From the IMG/VR virus record IMGVR_UViG_2740892369_000015: a stretch of DNA of 8,110 bases. The stretch is one strand, 5' to 3'. The notes beneath the pieces were generated by a model, which had not been told where the DNA came from, did not search any database, and saw nothing but the letters and a program-made list of their open reading frames with translations. The number at the start of each line of letters is the position of its first letter. Position 1 is the stretch's first letter. The stretch is from a virus. Its lineage: Duplodnaviria; Heunggongvirae; Uroviricota; Caudoviricetes. The position numbers and the translations under genes were made by a program. Shown here piece by piece: positions 6,019 through 8,110 of the stretch.

Positions 6019-6380
6019 TCACTCTCAATTTTGTAAATCTTCACGCCCAGCCGTCCCCCAGGAACGCGCTGACCGCGCACAATATTGATTTCATCAAACT
6101 GCTCGTCGTCTATGAGAAGTCCGGCATGCGTCAGCGCATCCAGTGGTGCTTTCAGGATATTGTCCAGGTCACGACGACGTTTATCCGGTGGCTCTGCAAT
6201 AATCTTTATCGCCAGCCTTCCGGACAGGTTTAATTTCAGCCGCTGCTGGCGAACAATAAGCGCCACATCACGGCGATAACGCTCACCGGCTTTTGATACA
6301 AAATATGTGCTGCCACGACGTCGCCAGTAAGTGTTCACCGTTGGCGGGTAAGGCAAAACAAATTCTATGCGTTCAGTCAT
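6015..6380 (-). CDS. rusA: Crossover junction endodeoxyribonuclease RusA (Holliday junction resolvase)
   Basis: 121 aa with the RusA hallmarks RRRDLDN, DALT.AGL..DD.Q and GGRL. Size and nin-region position match prophage rusA. Confidence 0.9.
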   Translation of the reverse strand: MTERIEFVLPYPPTVNTYWRRRGSTYFVSKAGERYRRDVALIVRQQRLKLNLSGRLAIKIIAEPPDKRRRDLDNILKAPLDALTHAGLLIDDEQFDEINIVRGQRVPGGRLGVKIYKIESE

Positions 6381-7508
6381 TCATGCTTTCCACTTCAGGA
6401 CACCCGAATTTCTCGCGTGCATTAAAAAACGAATCAGCAACAACAGCTGGCTGCCGTGTTTTTCTTCAAAATCTTTTACCCCGGCGTGTAGTTCGCTATG
6501 GCATTTACGGCACAGCGGAATAACAAACAAATCATCAGCCTTTGTTCCCATCCCTCCCAGTCCATGACCAATGATGTGATGCGGATCATCTGCCTGATTA
6601 CCACACGTCATGCATTTCTGCGTTTTTACCCAACGCGTGTATACAGGCATCTCTTCCCGTCGTGGTTTCTGGCGCTGGAGATACTGAGCCGGTGACTCCG
6701 GATCAACGGCAATGCTTACCACCGTCTTTTCCTGTGGCGGGTTTTGCTGGTGGGCGTGAGGCAGTAGCGCAATATTTTTTGTGCGCTGCTTCAGCATGCT
6801 GGTGGCGGTCTGCTCTCCCGGCACGATGTCGCTCTCGCGGTATACTGAGCGAATTTTTTCCGCGCGTAATCCCAGTGAACGACGTAACACCGTCTCCGGT
6901 AGTGCGTCCGCTACGTTATTTATGGTTGCCCACCAGGATAATTCAGCCAGCGATAATTCCCGCTCCTGCGTGCCATTCATTGCGTGGCGGATGACATCAA
7001 TCATCCATGCTGACAGGTTTTGGTGAGCAAGCTGCCCGAGTGATTCGGAAGTCTGGTTACGCAGCTGGTTGTCGCAGTGCCAGCACAACACCATCGCGCC
7101 GGTACCGTAACGATGTATGACGGTTTCACTGTGATGGTAGTCACCATGAGGCCACTGGCAGGATTTAATGTGGCGTAACAGCCAGTCAGACAATGCACCA
7201 GCACCACCAGCAGCACGAATCACCCGCTCATCGCTGAAAAATGGCAGTAATGATTTATCCTCCGCCAGCGGCTGGCGAACAGCAGGAACGACTCCGGACG
7301 GCAGACCGCGCATGCTTTTCGGTTCCGGCTCCACCAGAACTCGAGGGTTATGAAATACCTGCATGGATTCACGGCCCGGTTTTAGCACCACCAGCCCAAG
7401 TTCCGGTACCGGAACAGGTCGAAGTAATACCCGCACGTTACCTCCAGATGCGTTGCTGGAATGTGCGGGACGGACGCGGTGGGCGTTCGGAATAAGGGAG
7501 CCTGACAT
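6381..7508 (-). CDS. DUF968 family protein (YdfU-like) with C-terminal HNH/zinc-binding-like motif
   Basis: C-terminal HHIIGHGLGG...PLCRKCHSELH signature of DUF968 prophage proteins, and typical position upstream of rusA. The annotated start overlaps the upstream ORF by 71 nt; the real start may be an internal Met (for example ATG 7362-7364). Confidence 0.8.
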   Translation of the reverse strand: MSGSLIPNAHRVRPAHSSNASGGNVRVLLRPVPVPELGLVVLKPGRESMQVFHNPRVLVEPEPKSMRGLPSGVVPAVRQPLAEDKSLLPFFSDERVIRAAGGAGALSDWLLRHIKSCQWPHGDYHHSETVIHRYGTGAMVLCWHCDNQLRNQTSESLGQLAHQNLSAWMIDVIRHAMNGTQERELSLAELSWWATINNVADALPETVLRRSLGLRAEKIRSVYRESDIVPGEQTATSMLKQRTKNIALLPHAHQQNPPQEKTVVSIAVDPESPAQYLQRQKPRREEMPVYTRWVKTQKCMTCGNQADDPHHIIGHGLGGMGTKADDLFVIPLCRKCHSELHAGVKDFEEKHGSQLLLLIRFLMHARNSGVLKWKA

Positions 7509-7710
7509 AGATTATCCAGTGACGATAATCGAGGCTGAGGGCTTTCTTAATCTCGTATCCGCGTCTGCGGTAGTTATGAATTAGCCATTCGGCCTGTTCT
7601 TCAGTACATGGTGGGTGTTGGTACCAGTCGGTTTTAAATGCGTGTGAACGCCGCCCATGCCGGATGGCAAGGTCGGTATCAGAATTGTGAAATTTGGTTT
7701 TGTGCACCAT
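7438..7710 (-). CDS. Hypothetical protein (90 aa), first gene downstream of the hok terminator
   Basis: ATG start at 7708-7710 with protein-like composition, co-oriented with the operon. Weak RBS. Its position relative to hokD and DUF968 mirrors rem in the K-12 Qin prophage, but sequence identity could not be verified. Confidence 0.45.
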   Translation of the reverse strand: MVHKTKFHNSDTDLAIRHGRRSHAFKTDWYQHPPCTEEQAEWLIHNYRRRGYEIKKALSLDYRHWIIYVRLPYSERPPRPSRTFQQRIWR

Positions 7711-7780
7711 CTGTTTTCTCTGCTGGCGCAGCAGGTGTCAGGTGTTCAGGCTGACGTGCGAATTGTAAACCAGAATGCCA

Positions 7781-7809
7781 GGAAAAAACAAAACCCGCCG
7801 AAGCGGGTT
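7781..7809 (-). terminator. Rho-independent terminator downstream of hokD
   Basis: On the minus strand AACCCGC-TTCG-GCGGGTT (plus 7792-7809) is followed by TTGTTTTTTCC. Confidence 0.55.
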
Positions 7810-7877
7810 AAGTGCGGGTGCGTTGAGGATGCCTGACTCATCAGAGGTGGCGAGGGATTTCTCCCTCGCCTGGTCTC

Positions 7878-8033
7878 TTACTCCTCAGGTTCGTAAGCTG
7901 TGAAGACAGCGACCTCCGTCTGGCCGGTTCGGATTCGTACCTCGCAGAGGTCTTTCCTCGTTACCAGTGCCGTCACTATGACGGTTAAACAGATGACGAT
8001 CAGGGCGATTAACATCGCCTTTTGCTGCTTCAT
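7878..8033 (-). CDS. hokD: Hok-family type I toxin, HokD/RelF-like (51 aa)
   Basis: Translation MKQQKAMLIALIVICLTVIVTALVTRKDLCEVRIRTGQTEVAVFTAYEPEE has the Hok/Gef transmembrane and LTRK..LCE.R....EVA.F.AYE signature. ATG at 8031-8033 is preceded by AAGGAG with a 9-nt spacer. The ORF-track extension to GTG 8072 is probably not used. Confidence 0.9.
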   Translation of the reverse strand: MKQQKAMLIALIVICLTVIVTALVTRKDLCEVRIRTGQTEVAVFTAYEPEE

Positions 8034-8110
8034 AGCCTGCTTCTCCTTGTCAACGCAAAGCAGAAGTGTCACCTTCGGTGCGAAACAGAGATGTCATGCT
8101 TTGGTTCAGA

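Larger units (their letters stand above)
1..8110. mobile_element. Segment of a lambdoid (Stx-phage-like) prophage: nin region, Q-like antiterminator, late-leader tRNAs, cargo slot and nanS-p
   Basis: Gene order on the minus strand (hok, DUF968, rusA, Q-like, terminator, methylase, tRNA-CAU, tRNA-Arg-like, tRNA-Arg-UCU, cargo, nanS-p) matches the known layout of lambdoid/Stx prophages of E. coli. No integrase or att site lies in the window, so the element boundaries are not visible. Confidence 0.8.

Noticed and set aside
5400-6088. Small ORFs 5400-5585 (-), 5822-6028 (-) and 5867-6088 (+) overlapping the Q-like gene
   Set aside because: They are alternative-frame or antisense overlaps of the Q-like ORF, and the first would span the tR' region.
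6085-7584. Plus-strand ORFs (6085-6279, 6293-6523, 6367-6567, 6498-6695, 6662-6994, 6781-7026, 7168-7353, 7241-7495, 7363-7584) and minus-strand 7001-7216
   Set aside because: All lie antisense or out of frame within rusA or DUF968, which have clear family signatures. The products are Arg/Pro/Ser-rich wrong-frame translations.
8034-8110. Sok-like antisense RNA or mok frame upstream of hokD
   Set aside because: The in-frame GTG extension (8072) is not a mok-type overlapping frame, and no convincing plus-strand promoter is seen in the 77 nt available. The leader is truncated by the window, so no call is possible.

Overview
The window reads as the nin/late-regulatory and cargo segment of a lambdoid, Stx-converting-phage-type prophage from an Escherichia/Shigella-like genome, with nearly all genes on the minus strand. 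In transcription order (high to low coordinate) it carries: a hokD/relF-type Hok toxin gene, an intrinsic terminator, a 90-aa hypothetical, a DUF968 (YdfU-like) protein, RusA Holliday-junction resolvase, a putative Q-like late antiterminator, a tR'-like terminator, a 65-aa hypothetical, a beta-class DNA methyltransferase, three tandem tRNA genes (CAU, a degenerate Arg-like, Arg-UCU), a ~1.5 kb cargo slot, and a NanS-p-type sialate O-acetylesterase. This is the backbone in which Stx phages carry stxAB between the tRNAs and nanS-p, but no Shiga toxin ORF is present. Instead the slot (2045-3535) holds a 108-117 aa minus-strand ORF, a ~430 bp ORF-poor but highly structured segment, and an AT-rich, oppositely oriented 111-aa ORF. 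That slot is the best candidate for undescribed biology here. All identifications rest on reading the translations and hand-folding the sequence; no database search was run.
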